Below, in pieces: positions 10,789-21,691 of a stretch of 64,000 nt of DNA (position 1 is the first letter of the stretch; each line of letters starts with the position of its first letter). This stretch comes from an uncultured candidate division Zixibacteria bacterium (GTDB lineage: Bacteria > Zixibacteria > MSB-5A5 > UBA10806 > 4484-95). The stretch lies in the NCBI GenBank assembly GCA_963668625.2, contig CAXXKA010000005.1, positions 160,001 through 224,000 of the forward strand, read 5' to 3'. The notes beneath the pieces are model-generated. The model was given only the letters and a program-made list of their open reading frames with translations. It had not been told where the DNA came from and searched no databases. The position numbers and the translations under genes are program-made.

Positions 10789-12005
10789 CGATAGATAGCG
10801 AGGTAACTTTGTCTAATCCCGGAATATCAAAACGCGGCGGTATGCTTCCGCCATCACCTATAAGAAAACTGATTCCATTCGCCGAAAAGGCCAAGAGTAA
10901 AGGCACGCACGTTTATCATCTTAATATAGGCCAGCCCGATATCGAAACCCCGCCGGAATTCTGGAACGCGGTGAACAACTATGCCCAGAAAGTGCTGGCA
11001 TACGGTAACTCGCAAGGAATGGCCGACTATCTCGAAAAGCTCTCGGCATATTATAACCGCTGCAATCTCGACGTTAATCCGGAGGATATTATCGTCACCA
11101 CCGGTGGCTCGGAGGCGATCATCTTCGCCATGACCGCAATCACCGATCCGGGCGAGGAGATAATCGTATTCGAACCGTTTTACACCAACTATAACGGGTT
11201 CGCCATTCAGGCAGGCATAAAGCTGGTACCGCTTACCACTAAAGCCGAGGATGGTTTCCACCTGCCCTCGACCGAGGAGATCGAATCTAAGATCAACTCG
11301 AAAACTCGCGGTATCATGTATTGCAACCCGAATAATCCTACCGGTACGCTTTACTCGAAAGAGGAGATCCATCGTTTACGCGATATAGTTAAAAAACACG
11401 ATCTTTACCTGATGGCCGATGAGGTCTACCGCGAATATATTTACGAGGGTGAATATGTCAGTGTGATGACACTGGATGATATACTCGATCGTGTGATTAT
11501 GCTCGACTCGATAAGCAAAAGGTATTCCGCTTGCGGCGCGCGTATCGGCAACCTGGTCACCAAAAACAAAGATATCTACACGGCCGCTCTTCACATGGGC
11601 CAGGCGAGATTGTGCTCACCGACACTCGAACAGGTAGGCGCCGCCGCCGCTTATGACCTGGGCGAGGAATATTTCAAGAAGATGATCGGCGAATACAAGA
11701 ACCGTCGCGATGTCGTTTATGACGGTTTGATGAAAATCGAGGGTACGATTTGCCTTAAGCCCAGCGGTGCGTTTTACATTATGGCCAAACTACCGATCGA
11801 CTCCGCCGAGGATTTCGCGAAATTCATGCTGACCGATTTCAGCTATCACGGCAAAACCGTGATGATCGCTCCCGGACCCGGATTCTACGCCTCCGAGAAC
11901 CAGGGGCAAAGCGAATGCCGTATCGCTTACGTGCTCAATACCAACGACCTCGAAGACGCGATGAGCATACTGAAGCTCGGGGTAGAGGCTTATAATTCCA
12001 GATGA
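10782..12005 (+). CDS. PLP-dependent class I/II aminotransferase (aspartate aminotransferase-like)
   Basis: LNIGQPD, NPNNPTG, DEVY and SISKRYSACGARIG motifs. Confidence 0.92.
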   Translation: MVTIDSEVTLSNPGISKRGGMLPPSPIRKLIPFAEKAKSKGTHVYHLNIGQPDIETPPEFWNAVNNYAQKVLAYGNSQGMADYLEKLSAYYNRCNLDVNPEDIIVTTGGSEAIIFAMTAITDPGEEIIVFEPFYTNYNGFAIQAGIKLVPLTTKAEDGFHLPSTEEIESKINSKTRGIMYCNPNNPTGTLYSKEEIHRLRDIVKKHDLYLMADEVYREYIYEGEYVSVMTLDDILDRVIMLDSISKRYSACGARIGNLVTKNKDIYTAALHMGQARLCSPTLEQVGAAAAYDLGEEYFKKMIGEYKNRRDVVYDGLMKIEGTICLKPSGAFYIMAKLPIDSAEDFAKFMLTDFSYHGKTVMIAPGPGFYASENQGQSECRIAYVLNTNDLEDAMSILKLGVEAYNSR

Positions 12006-12964
12006 TAGTCAGGCTTGGAATAGATCTTGGTGGTACTTTCATCAAGGCAGGGATAATCGATAAACGGGCGAAAATACTCGCCTCGTTAAAATATCCTACC
12101 GACGCCGAAAAAGGCGCGGATACCGTAGTTAAAAACCTCAATATAGTATACGGGAAGTTATTGGATATATGCCGTAAGGCTAAACACGAACCGGCCTCAA
12201 TAGGTATAGGCAGCCCCGGCACTATTCATCAACCCGATGGCAAAGTTACCGATGCTACCCCGAATATAAAAGGCTGGAGAGGATTAACGTTAACAAGAGT
12301 GTTCGGCAAAACAGCTATTCCCGTATATGCAGATAACGACGCCAACGTAGTCGCCCTGGCCGAGTACCTGGTCGACTTTCAAGCGAAGTATCGGGATATG
12401 ATTTTTATCACGGTAGGTACGGGCATTGGCGGAGGTTTAATCATCGATGGCAAACTTCACCGGGGCAGTACTTTCGCCGCCGCCGAAATCGGGCATATGT
12501 CTATCAGCAAAAACGGCAGGCTATGCAAATGCGGTCTGCGGGGATGTCTGGAAACTTACGCCAGCGTACCTAATATGATGAAACGCGCTAAGTACTGGGC
12601 CTCGAAACTTGGCGATAAAATAGATCAGGATATTACGCCTCACGAATTATTTTCACAGTATAAAAAAGGAAAAAGATTCGCTAAAATGACGATAGAAGAG
12701 AATGCAGGTTATCTCGGAGTGGGCATAGGCTCGCTGGTTAATGTACTCAATCCGGAGATAGTTGTCATTGGTGGAGGATTTTCAGGAACGGGAAGCGAAT
12801 ATATAAGGTTAATAAGTAAAGCAATTGAACAACATGCGTTTAAAGCCGCAACATCACGGTTGAAAGTTGTAAAAGCCAGGATGGGCAACAATGCCGGGTT
12901 CGTTGGCGCGGCTTTATTAGGGGTAATCGGTAATGATGGAGAAATCGAAAGAAAAAGACGATAA
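12002..12964 (+). CDS. ROK family sugar kinase (glucokinase-like)
   Basis: GIDLGGT, NDAN, GTGIGGG, EIGH and CKCGLRGCLE motifs; no N-terminal HTH. Confidence 0.92.
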   Translation: MIVRLGIDLGGTFIKAGIIDKRAKILASLKYPTDAEKGADTVVKNLNIVYGKLLDICRKAKHEPASIGIGSPGTIHQPDGKVTDATPNIKGWRGLTLTRVFGKTAIPVYADNDANVVALAEYLVDFQAKYRDMIFITVGTGIGGGLIIDGKLHRGSTFAAAEIGHMSISKNGRLCKCGLRGCLETYASVPNMMKRAKYWASKLGDKIDQDITPHELFSQYKKGKRFAKMTIEENAGYLGVGIGSLVNVLNPEIVVIGGGFSGTGSEYIRLISKAIEQHAFKAATSRLKVVKARMGNNAGFVGAALLGVIGNDGEIERKRR

Positions 12965-13142
12965 ATCCCGTGAAAAACGACAATTCGTGGGAGTTATTTT
13001 TAAATGCTGTAATATATATAACCGAATATATATTAATAAGGATAAAACAAAATTTGTCGGCTGGTGCCCTAAATGTGGGGCTAAGATGGAGATATTTATC
13101 TCTCCTGGCGGTACGAAGTCCAGTTTTTTCGTAACCGATTGA
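12933..13142 (+). CDS. Small Cys-rich putative zinc-ribbon protein
   Basis: FKCC...RIYIN...GWCPKCG; overlaps the ROK gene end as the last gene of the operon. Confidence 0.65.
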   Translation: MMEKSKEKDDKSREKRQFVGVIFKCCNIYNRIYINKDKTKFVGWCPKCGAKMEIFISPGGTKSSFFVTD

Positions 13143-13307
13143 TAATTTTGTTGATTTATATTATCGATAAAGATAAGATAATGACCAGAAGTCATGGAAA
13201 TAGTATTTCGGCGGGCGTATGCAACGATGATAACATAGCATCCAGCCTGAGATTACTTATCCGAAATACCGCTCAGAACAGGTCTTCTTGGAGGGGGACA
13301 GTCTGAT

Positions 13308-13853
13308 ATGAACGAGAAGTTATATGTAGTTCCGCTTGATGAGGGAACAAGAAAATATGCAGGTTGGCTGTTGAACGAACTTTGCCGGAGATTTACTCTA
13401 AAAGCTCAGTCCGGAATCGTCTCTCGTCTACCCGATGAGGCATTCAACGCCAACCAAAACCAGTACTACGCTACCCCGATACTCAGTAAGCTGGAGCTGT
13501 TGAAGGGTACGGAATACGAGATGATACTGGCGACAACAGAGGAGGATCTTTACATACCCTCGAAAAATTTCGTGATGGGGCAAGCCAACAAGGCCAGTAG
13601 AACATCGATTATTAGTACTTTCAGAATTAAACCCGAATTCTACGGATTACCAGAGAATGAGGAGCTTTTAAAGTCGCGAATTCTCAACATTGCCAGCCAT
13701 GAGGTGGGACACATGTTGGGGCTTCGTAATTGCCGGAATGAGGATTGCCAGATGTTCCCGGTTGACACGGTTGCCGACCTGGACAACAGGCCGGAGACAT
13801 TCTGTGCCGAATGTGTGCTTAATTTAACGATACCTACAAAAGTAAAGATTTAG
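13308..13853 (+). CDS. Archaemetzincin-like (peptidase M54) protein
   Basis: QYYA, DLYIP..NFVMG, HEVGHMLGLRNC, C..M and FCAEC motifs; strong RBS. Confidence 0.85.
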   Translation: MNEKLYVVPLDEGTRKYAGWLLNELCRRFTLKAQSGIVSRLPDEAFNANQNQYYATPILSKLELLKGTEYEMILATTEEDLYIPSKNFVMGQANKASRTSIISTFRIKPEFYGLPENEELLKSRILNIASHEVGHMLGLRNCRNEDCQMFPVDTVADLDNRPETFCAECVLNLTIPTKVKI

Positions 13854-14041
13854 ACGCCAGATTTCGTGTTTTTGGTCATTTACTGATAAGCCGCTATAAA
13901 TGCGGCCATGTAAATTTGATGTTTTAACGAAAAACCGATTAAACTGGTTTTAGTTTTATAAAATTCGTGCACTTGTACGGTCTATTTTTTTCTTGCGCGA
14001 GGTAGCGCTATGTACTATACAAGAAAGCGAGAGGGAGCAGA

Positions 14042-17000
14042 ATGAATTACCTTGGAATAGATATAGGTTCTATCTCAATAAGTATTGCAGGTATAGACGA
14101 GAACAAAGAGATAATATTCACTGAATATATTCGTCATCAGGGTGCGCCTGAAACCGCGCTGAAAAAATATATCTCAAATAATGATTTATCGAAATACGAC
14201 TATGCCGGTTTTACCGGAACGGGCGGTAAACTTCCTGCCGGGCTTTTCGAGGCTCAATATATCAACGAGATACTTGCAACCGCCGCCGCATTGATGCAAT
14301 ATAGCCCGGAAACCAAATCGGCAATAGAGATGGGCGGACAGGGTTCCAAATACTACCTGGTCGAGGATGATACGTTGATTGATTTTGCCACCAGCGGATT
14401 ATGCGCAGCCGGCACGGGTTCGTTTCTCGATCAGCAGGCAGGCAGGCTGAAAGTATCGATCACCGAGCAGTTCGGCAAGTTGGCCCTACAATCGGAAAAC
14501 CCGCCGCATATCGCCGGTAGATGCAGCGTATTCGCCAAGTCCGATATGATCCATCACCAACAAATAGGCACATCCGATTACGATATCATTGCAGGATTAT
14601 GCTACGCCGTAACCCGCAACTATAAAGGCACCATTCTGGAAAAACGCGCGATTCGCAAACCGGTGGCGTTTATCGGTGGTGTCTCACTTAACGAGGGCGT
14701 CATTAAATCATTCAAAGATGAACTCAATCTGTCAGGTGATGAGTTGATCGTGCCCGAAAATTGCCTTCACTTTGCCGCCCTGGGGGCTGCATTGAAAGTC
14801 ATGGAAAACCGCGAACAGGCAACCAAACCATCATTTAAAATAGAGGTTCTAGATCGTAAGATAACGTTAAAGAGAAGCGCCGAACCACTGGTATTTAAAG
14901 ATGCGGAATCGAAATATTACGATACGACCTCGAAACCCTCGCGTATAACCTCCACGGTTGGCTATCTCGGGGTTGATATCGGCTCGCTTTCGACCAACCT
15001 GGTCGTTATCGATCCGGCCGGTCAGGTTATGGCCCGTCGCTATTTAATGACCGAGGGACGGCCTATCAAAACAGTCCAACGAGGCTTGAAAGAGATAGCG
15101 GGCGAGCTTGATGGTAAGGTTAATATTACCGGCGTAGGTACCACCGGTTCGGGACGATACCTGATAGGCGATATACTGGGAGCGGATATCGTAAGAAACG
15201 AGATAACCGCCCAGGCGAAAGCAGCGGTGTTTTTCGATCCGACTGTCGATACGATATTCGAGATCGGCGGCCAGGACTCGAAATATATCAGCCTCAAAAA
15301 CGGTACTGTCGTCGATTTCGAGATGAACAAAGCCTGTGCCGCAGGAACCGGATCATTTCTACAGGAGCAAGCCGAACGCCTCGACATCTCGATCAAAGAT
15401 CAGTTCGGTAACATGGCTCTGCACTCGCAATGTCCGGTTGGCTGCGGTGAACGTTGTACCGTATTCATCGAATCGGATATTATCAGCCAGCAACAAAAAG
15501 GCGCGCCGCGAGAGGATCTGGTGGCCGGGCTGGCGTATTCTATCGTTTATAATTATTTGAATAAAGTCGTCTGCAGCAGGAAAATCGGCGACCATATTTT
15601 CTTCCAGGGCGGCGTAGCCTGGAATAAGGGGGTAGTTGCCGCATTCGAAAAAGTTACCGGCAAGAAAATAACGGTACCGCCCCATCACGATGTCACCGGG
15701 GCTATCGGCGCGGCTCTTCTGGCTATGGAGTCGGTCGATGAGAGCTGCAAGTTCAAAGGCTTCGGCGTCGCCGATATTCAATTCAAGCAGGATAGTTTTG
15801 TCTGCGAGGATTGCGCTAATGTCTGCACGGTGAGAAAAATCACCAGTGATGACGGCCGGGAATTGTTCTATGGTTCAAGATGCGAGAAATACGATGCCGA
15901 GAAAGATGTCAACTCCAAGCAGGCGGAAAACAATCCGATTGCCTGGCGCAACCGCTTGATGTTTTCTTACGGCAAGAAGAAAATAGAAAAGCCAAAAGCC
16001 GTTATCGGATTACCCCGGTTATTAAGCAACTGGGCGTTCTGGCCGTTATGGTCAACGTTCTTCAATGAACTGGGCTACAAAGTAATCGGTTCTGCGCCTA
16101 CGAATAATACCATCATCAGGCAAGGCATGCAGATAGTAGGTTCAGAATCGTGTTTCCCGGTTAAGGTGGCACACGGTCATATAATGAACCTTTTGGAGCG
16201 TGACGCCGACTTCATATTCCTGCCCTCGATGATTAACACAGAGTCATTGCCCGAGGAAAGCCATCAAAACTATTTCTGCCCCTATGTACAGGCAATTCCT
16301 TACCTCGTGAAAAGCGTTTTGAACGAACAGCTTACCGAGGACAATTTCCTTTCACCGACTATATACTTGGGTTACGGCAAAGATCTGGCCAACAGGCAAA
16401 TTGCGGATTTCGCCAAGAAATTAGGCGTATCCAAAAAGAAAGCGATAGAGGCGTTTGACAAAGCCCGGGCGGCGCAAAAAGATTTCGAGACGAAGATTCG
16501 TGAAAAAGGCAGGGAAAGCCTCGAAAACGCCGAGGGTATAAAGCTGGTGCTGGTTGGCAGACCATACAACACTTGCGATCCCGGCTTGAATTTGGAACTT
16601 CCGAAAAAACTGGCGGCTATGGGCGCAACGGCGATATCGCCGGATATGGCGCCTGTCGATGATATACCTATCAATGATGTTTACTGGCATTATGGCAAAG
16701 CCATTCTTCGCATAGCGGATTATATCAACAAGCACAATGATACTTACGCGGTGTATATCACCAATTTCGGCTGCGGCCCGGACTCTTTTATCAGCCATGA
16801 TTTCTACCATAAGATGGCGGGGAAACCATACCTTACGCTGGAGATGGATGAGCATTCGGCGGATGCCGGGCTAATCACGCGGGCCGAGGCGTTTATCGAT
16901 AGTATCAACTCCTCGAAAGATATCAAACAGAAAGCCGCCGAGGCGCCGGTGACATCTAAGCCTCGCAAAGGTAATCGCAAAATATACATTCCGCCGATGT

Positions 17001-18163
17001 GCGATCTGGCTCAGGTTTTGGCGGCCGCGATGCGCAATAGTGGTGTGGATGCCGAGGCAATGCCGGAATCGGATGAGAAGACAGTCGAGATTGGACGGAA
17101 ATACACTAACGGCAAGGAATGTTACCCGGCCGTACTTACCACCGGTGATCTTCTGAAACTGATTCAAACTCCCGGATTCGATCACAGTAAGGCGGCGTTT
17201 TTCATGCCTTCAGCCGGCGGCCCGTGTCGTTTCGGGCAGTATCATCGCCTGCACAAGAGAGTGCTGGGTAAACTTGGTTACGATGATGTGCCGGTATACT
17301 CGCCCAACTCGAATGACTCCTACGAGGGATTCCCGGGAACATCGAAACAATTCCGCAAACTGGCGTTTCGCGGTTTCATTTTCGGTGATTCCCTGTTCAA
17401 GCTTTATATGGCATCAAGGTCGCGCACCGATGATCTGGCTAAAGCTAAAAGCGTGTTCGAGAAATTCATGCAGGCCGGATGTCAGGATATCGAGGCGGGC
17501 GGCGCAAACCTCCGTGATATTCTTCAGGAATGCGGCAAAGAGTTCCAGTCAATCGAAACCGGTGTGGAACCGCGCGTAAAAATCGGAGTCGTGGGCGAGA
17601 TATATGTCAGAAACAACAGATTCGCCAATAACGACCTGGTCGCAAAACTCGAAAGGGCAGGCGCAGAGGTATTTTTAGCCTCATTCTCCGAGTGGATTAA
17701 CTACACGACGTTCATGTACAAAATGCATAGCAAAATGCGGCGCAAGTACGTCGATATGATTAAAGGCCAGATTCAAGACACTATTCAACATCGGGAAGAG
17801 CGCAAAATAACCGAACCGATTCATGGTATGTTAAATGGTAATTCCGAAAAACCAGTCGGTGATATCCTTCAAAAAGCGTTACCATATCTCAATCGTTCGG
17901 TTGGCGGCGAAGCGATACTATCTATAGGCAAAGCCATCGATTTCGTCGAATCCGGATGCGGTGGCGTCGTAAATTGTATGCCGTTTACCTGCATGCCGGG
18001 AAATGTAGTACAGGCCATTTCAACCAGGGTAAAGGGAGATTTAGGTGATGTCCCCTGGCTCAATATTGCTTATGAGGGCCCCGGCGATCCCACTGAGGAT
18101 CTTAAGATAGAGGCGTTTGTGGATCAGGCCGAACAGTGGTTTAAAAAACGTAAAAAACGCTGA
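14042..18163 (+). CDS. Multidomain acyl-CoA dehydratase activase-like protein (two BadF/BcrAD ATPase domains plus DUF2229-type domains)
   Basis: Two GIDIGS / GGQ(D)SK / CAAGTGSFL repeats; CFPVKVAHGH, FGCGPDSF, GPCRFGQY and PFTCMP motifs. Confidence 0.9.
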   Translation: MNYLGIDIGSISISIAGIDENKEIIFTEYIRHQGAPETALKKYISNNDLSKYDYAGFTGTGGKLPAGLFEAQYINEILATAAALMQYSPETKSAIEMGGQGSKYYLVEDDTLIDFATSGLCAAGTGSFLDQQAGRLKVSITEQFGKLALQSENPPHIAGRCSVFAKSDMIHHQQIGTSDYDIIAGLCYAVTRNYKGTILEKRAIRKPVAFIGGVSLNEGVIKSFKDELNLSGDELIVPENCLHFAALGAALKVMENREQATKPSFKIEVLDRKITLKRSAEPLVFKDAESKYYDTTSKPSRITSTVGYLGVDIGSLSTNLVVIDPAGQVMARRYLMTEGRPIKTVQRGLKEIAGELDGKVNITGVGTTGSGRYLIGDILGADIVRNEITAQAKAAVFFDPTVDTIFEIGGQDSKYISLKNGTVVDFEMNKACAAGTGSFLQEQAERLDISIKDQFGNMALHSQCPVGCGERCTVFIESDIISQQQKGAPREDLVAGLAYSIVYNYLNKVVCSRKIGDHIFFQGGVAWNKGVVAAFEKVTGKKITVPPHHDVTGAIGAALLAMESVDESCKFKGFGVADIQFKQDSFVCEDCANVCTVRKITSDDGRELFYGSRCEKYDAEKDVNSKQAENNPIAWRNRLMFSYGKKKIEKPKAVIGLPRLLSNWAFWPLWSTFFNELGYKVIGSAPTNNTIIRQGMQIVGSESCFPVKVAHGHIMNLLERDADFIFLPSMINTESLPEESHQNYFCPYVQAIPYLVKSVLNEQLTEDNFLSPTIYLGYGKDLANRQIADFAKKLGVSKKKAIEAFDKARAAQKDFETKIREKGRESLENAEGIKLVLVGRPYNTCDPGLNLELPKKLAAMGATAISPDMAPVDDIPINDVYWHYGKAILRIADYINKHNDTYAVYITNFGCGPDSFISHDFYHKMAGKPYLTLEMDEHSADAGLITRAEAFIDSINSSKDIKQKAAEAPVTSKPRKGNRKIYIPPMCDLAQVLAAAMRNSGVDAEAMPESDEKTVEIGRKYTNGKECYPAVLTTGDLLKLIQTPGFDHSKAAFFMPSAGGPCRFGQYHRLHKRVLGKLGYDDVPVYSPNSNDSYEGFPGTSKQFRKLAFRGFIFGDSLFKLYMASRSRTDDLAKAKSVFEKFMQAGCQDIEAGGANLRDILQECGKEFQSIETGVEPRVKIGVVGEIYVRNNRFANNDLVAKLERAGAEVFLASFSEWINYTTFMYKMHSKMRRKYVDMIKGQIQDTIQHREERKITEPIHGMLNGNSEKPVGDILQKALPYLNRSVGGEAILSIGKAIDFVESGCGGVVNCMPFTCMPGNVVQAISTRVKGDLGDVPWLNIAYEGPGDPTEDLKIEAFVDQAEQWFKKRKKR

Positions 18164-18322
18164 TTTTATCTCATACTATCATATATATAGTCGATTTAAT
18201 TGTTTAGTTATGAAACAGCATGTTATCTGAATACTATACAGTAATATGTAAAGTGATCAATATGTTATACCCCTATAGTACAGTACCGATATAAAGACTG
18301 GATAGCTATATGGGAGAGATAA

Positions 18323-18727
18323 ATGCATCTTGAAAAATCCAGTTTTGGCTATAATCTAATAACCAGTAACGGCGCCAAACAGAATCTTAACACCGATGAT
18401 GCTGAAATATCTAAAAGCCGCTTGGATTATATTTCCGGATTGATGAAACGATTGCGCAATTTGTTTCTATCGGTACTTCCGGTTGATTATTGTTGTATCA
18501 TGCTATATGGGGCAGATGATCAATCCGATCCTTGCGAATCAGGCTCCGACCAGCAAATCGAGACAAAACATCTGGAGTACATGGGGCAGGCTATAGGTCT
18601 GCTAAGGTACAAGGCGCTTGATAATATCAAAGAAGATGATAGGGCGAAAATCGACATGCTGGCCGACCTGTATGGTTATCTGATCTATCATCATTTAATG
18701 ATGTTTGAAGTTACTAATATTGATTAA
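18323..18727 (+). CDS. Hypothetical protein
   Basis: 134-aa ORF with GGAGAG RBS; no recognisable motif. Confidence 0.5.
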   Translation: MHLEKSSFGYNLITSNGAKQNLNTDDAEISKSRLDYISGLMKRLRNLFLSVLPVDYCCIMLYGADDQSDPCESGSDQQIETKHLEYMGQAIGLLRYKALDNIKEDDRAKIDMLADLYGYLIYHHLMMFEVTNID

Positions 18728-18918
18728 AATAGTTCTCATTTTGAAAATATTTATAAAAGCAATACGTTATGGTCCGACTATCAATAAGCATTAAACTAAC
18801 TTTATAGTAATTCTCCAAAGCTCAACGCAACCGATTATTACAAAAAGGTTTTGCTTGCTCTGAAAAATAATTTCATTATATTGCATTAAACAGTCTTATT
18901 TCAACCGGGGGTTGTCAT

Positions 18919-19392
18919 ATGTTAGTAACTGAGGTTGTCGAAAAAGCAAGAAAATCACTGGAGAAACTTCAAAACGCAATAGAGGATATCGATCCTCAAA
19001 CCATAGCAATGCCGTCTACAATCAGCAAGTGGTCGATCAAGGATGTTTTAAATCATATAACTATCTGGGAGGAGGAGGCCGCCAAAGCTTTCGAAATCTG
19101 GAAAGTTGGTATCGAACCGGATTGGTCTCATATAGCTGAGCTGGATGAATTCAATAACAAAACGGTTGCTGCGCGCAGAAAAATGCCTTTGGCTAAAATC
19201 CGCTCGCAGTTGCCGATGGTACATAACGGGGTACTGGAGAACATCAAGTCCGTTCCGGATGAGGAGTATATCAAGCGCGGCGGTGTTCCCAGATGGCTGA
19301 TTATTTTGATTACCACTCATGTCGATGGTCACACCAAGCGAATTCTCGAGTTCAAAGGTACCAGATATATGGCCGGGAAAGAATCAGCATAA
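18919..19392 (+). CDS. DinB/DfsB-superfamily four-helix bundle protein
   Basis: WSIKDVLNHITIWE and C-terminal H..GH. Confidence 0.75.
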   Translation: MLVTEVVEKARKSLEKLQNAIEDIDPQTIAMPSTISKWSIKDVLNHITIWEEEAAKAFEIWKVGIEPDWSHIAELDEFNNKTVAARRKMPLAKIRSQLPMVHNGVLENIKSVPDEEYIKRGGVPRWLIILITTHVDGHTKRILEFKGTRYMAGKESA

Positions 19393-20131
19393 TACTAAAC
19401 CGGTAAGCGAAACAAAAAGCACTATATTGGATAAATTCGACAAATACTTACCCGTTATTAAAAAATACGAGCCTGCCTATAAATTTAGCTGGCAAATATC
19501 CACTGAAATTATCGAAAAGCAATTAGAGAATTCTCCTTACTGGCTCGATATCGGCGCGCGTAATAATAATCGTTTGAGAGTACACCCACAGGCAAAGTTT
19601 GCAGTCGGTCTCGATCCCGAAGCCGAGGGAGAGGTGTACACCGATAGAACCAATACGTTTTGCCGGGGATCGGTTTACGAGCTGCCTTTCAAAAGCGGCC
19701 AATTCGATTTCATTACCAGCAGATTCGTGTTCGAGCACCTGGAGCATCCGCGAAAAGCATTGCAACGAATCAGCGAGGCTTTAAAACCAGGCAGTCTGGC
19801 GCTTATAGAAACAACCAATAAAAACAATCCACTGATCGTTATAGCGCGAATCATTCCATTCTCCATAAAAAAGAAAATCATAAAACATTTATTCAAAGAT
19901 AATCCCTCGGGAACCTATAAAACGTTTTACGCATTGAATACGCCGGCTGCCATAAAACATTTTAATTTTAAGGATACCGGCTTGAAGCTCGAAAACTATT
20001 ACATCATAAACGATATCATATGCGAATCAAAAATATTATTTACTTTTTCATTCGGATTATATAAATTGTTAAGACGTTTCGGATTTGAAAATCTTTTTGG
20101 AAATTTAATAATTGTCCTGAGAAAGGTTTAG
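19319..20131 (+). CDS. Class I SAM-dependent methyltransferase (true start probably downstream, e.g. TTG near 19427)
   Basis: LDIGA, GLDP, LPFKSGQFD and FEHLEHP...LKPG motifs. Confidence 0.8.
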   Translation: MSMVTPSEFSSSKVPDIWPGKNQHNTKPVSETKSTILDKFDKYLPVIKKYEPAYKFSWQISTEIIEKQLENSPYWLDIGARNNNRLRVHPQAKFAVGLDPEAEGEVYTDRTNTFCRGSVYELPFKSGQFDFITSRFVFEHLEHPRKALQRISEALKPGSLALIETTNKNNPLIVIARIIPFSIKKKIIKHLFKDNPSGTYKTFYALNTPAAIKHFNFKDTGLKLENYYIINDIICESKILFTFSFGLYKLLRRFGFENLFGNLIIVLRKV

Positions 20132-20142
20132 ATTAATTATAT

Positions 20143-21660
20143 ATGTTTAAGAAAATACTCGTTGCCAATAGAGGTGAAATCGCTATTCGCGTTATCAGGG
20201 CATGCCACGATTTAGGTATCGAGGCGGTTGCTGTTTACTCCGAGGTCGACAGATCGTCCCAACATGTTCGTCTTGCCGATGAGGCTTATTCGGTCGGCCC
20301 GGCGCCCTCGGCCGAATCGTATCTGAATATCGATAAAATCATTCGTATCGCTAAAGAGTGCAATGCCGGGGCCATTCATCCCGGCTATGGTTTTCTGGCG
20401 GAAAACGAAAGATTCGCCCGGGCGGTGAATGATTCCGGAATGACTTTCATCGGGCCGCCGCCCGGTGCAATCAAGATGATGGGCGACAAGATGGCCGCAC
20501 GTAAAGCGATGATATCCTCCGGTGTGCCGGTGGTGCCGGGAACGGAAAACCCGGTTACCGGCGAGGAGGAATCGATCGAGATAGCAAAGCAAATCGGTTT
20601 CCCGGTGCTGATAAAAGCGGCTGCCGGTGGCGGCGGCAAGGGTATGCGCGTAGTTAATTCGATCGAGGAGATCAAGTCGGCTCTTCGCGGCGCGGCCTCA
20701 GAGGCTAAAAGCGCATTCGGGGATGATAGAATTTATATCGAAAAATATATCGCCGAACCGAGGCATATCGAAATACAGGTGATGGCCGATACGCATGGCA
20801 ACTGCGTTTATATAGGCGAGCGTGAATGCTCCATTCAGAGACGTCATCAAAAAGTTATAGAGGAAGCGCCCAGCCCGATAGTGACCGAGCAGTTGCGTAA
20901 GAAAATGGGCGAGGCCGCTGTTGCTGCCTCGCGGACATGCAACTATGTAAATGCCGGCACGGTTGAGTTGTTGGTTGACTCGGAAATGAATTTTTATTTT
21001 CTGGAGATGAATACCCGCCTGCAGGTAGAACATCCCGTTACCGAGATGGTTACCGGCCTCGATCTGGCAGTCGAGCAAATTAAAGTCGCCGCCGGTGAGA
21101 AGCTATCATTCACCCAGGAGGATATCACCATAAAAGGTCACGCTTTGGAATGCCGAATTTATGCCGAGGACCCAATTGATTTTTTGCCTGCTACAGGGCA
21201 TCTCAGGCATTACCGCGAACCCGCGGGTCCGGGAGTCAGGGTAGACTCGGGCGTGCAAGGCGGCGCCGAGATATCGGTTTATTACGATCCGCTGATTGCC
21301 AAGTTGATTACTTACGGTAGCGACCGCGAACAGGCGATTGCTCGTATGAAACGCGCTCTTAGCGAATACCTGATTACAGGCGTTACCACGAATATAAGCT
21401 TCCATCAAAAACTGCTGGAGCATCCCGAATTCCTTAAGGGTAATCTGTCAACGCACTTTATCGACCAGCATTATAAACAACCCGACGATTTCCCGGAGGA
21501 AACCAGGTTGGCTATTGCCATAGCCGCGGCGCTTCACGATTACCAAGGTCAGCATAAATCATCAGCATTTACCGATGAGACAAGCAAAGGCGTTAAAACA
21601 GGCCGGGCGCCCAGTAATTGGAAACTCAGCGGCCGTCCGGGGAAGTTAAAAGTTATTTAG
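20143..21660 (+). CDS. accC: Biotin carboxylase subunit of acetyl/propionyl-CoA carboxylase
   Basis: [41 protein letters not shown] and [10 protein letters not shown] motifs. Confidence 0.95.
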   Translation: MFKKILVANRGEIAIRVIRACHDLGIEAVAVYSEVDRSSQHVRLADEAYSVGPAPSAESYLNIDKIIRIAKECNAGAIHPGYGFLAENERFARAVNDSGMTFIGPPPGAIKMMGDKMAARKAMISSGVPVVPGTENPVTGEEESIEIAKQIGFPVLIKAAAGGGGKGMRVVNSIEEIKSALRGAASEAKSAFGDDRIYIEKYIAEPRHIEIQVMADTHGNCVYIGERECSIQRRHQKVIEEAPSPIVTEQLRKKMGEAAVAASRTCNYVNAGTVELLVDSEMNFYFLEMNTRLQVEHPVTEMVTGLDLAVEQIKVAAGEKLSFTQEDITIKGHALECRIYAEDPIDFLPATGHLRHYREPAGPGVRVDSGVQGGAEISVYYDPLIAKLITYGSDREQAIARMKRALSEYLITGVTTNISFHQKLLEHPEFLKGNLSTHFIDQHYKQPDDFPEETRLAIAIAAALHDYQGQHKSSAFTDETSKGVKTGRAPSNWKLSGRPGKLKVI

Positions 21661-21691
21661 TGAGACCGAAATACACGAGGAGACTTTTGAT

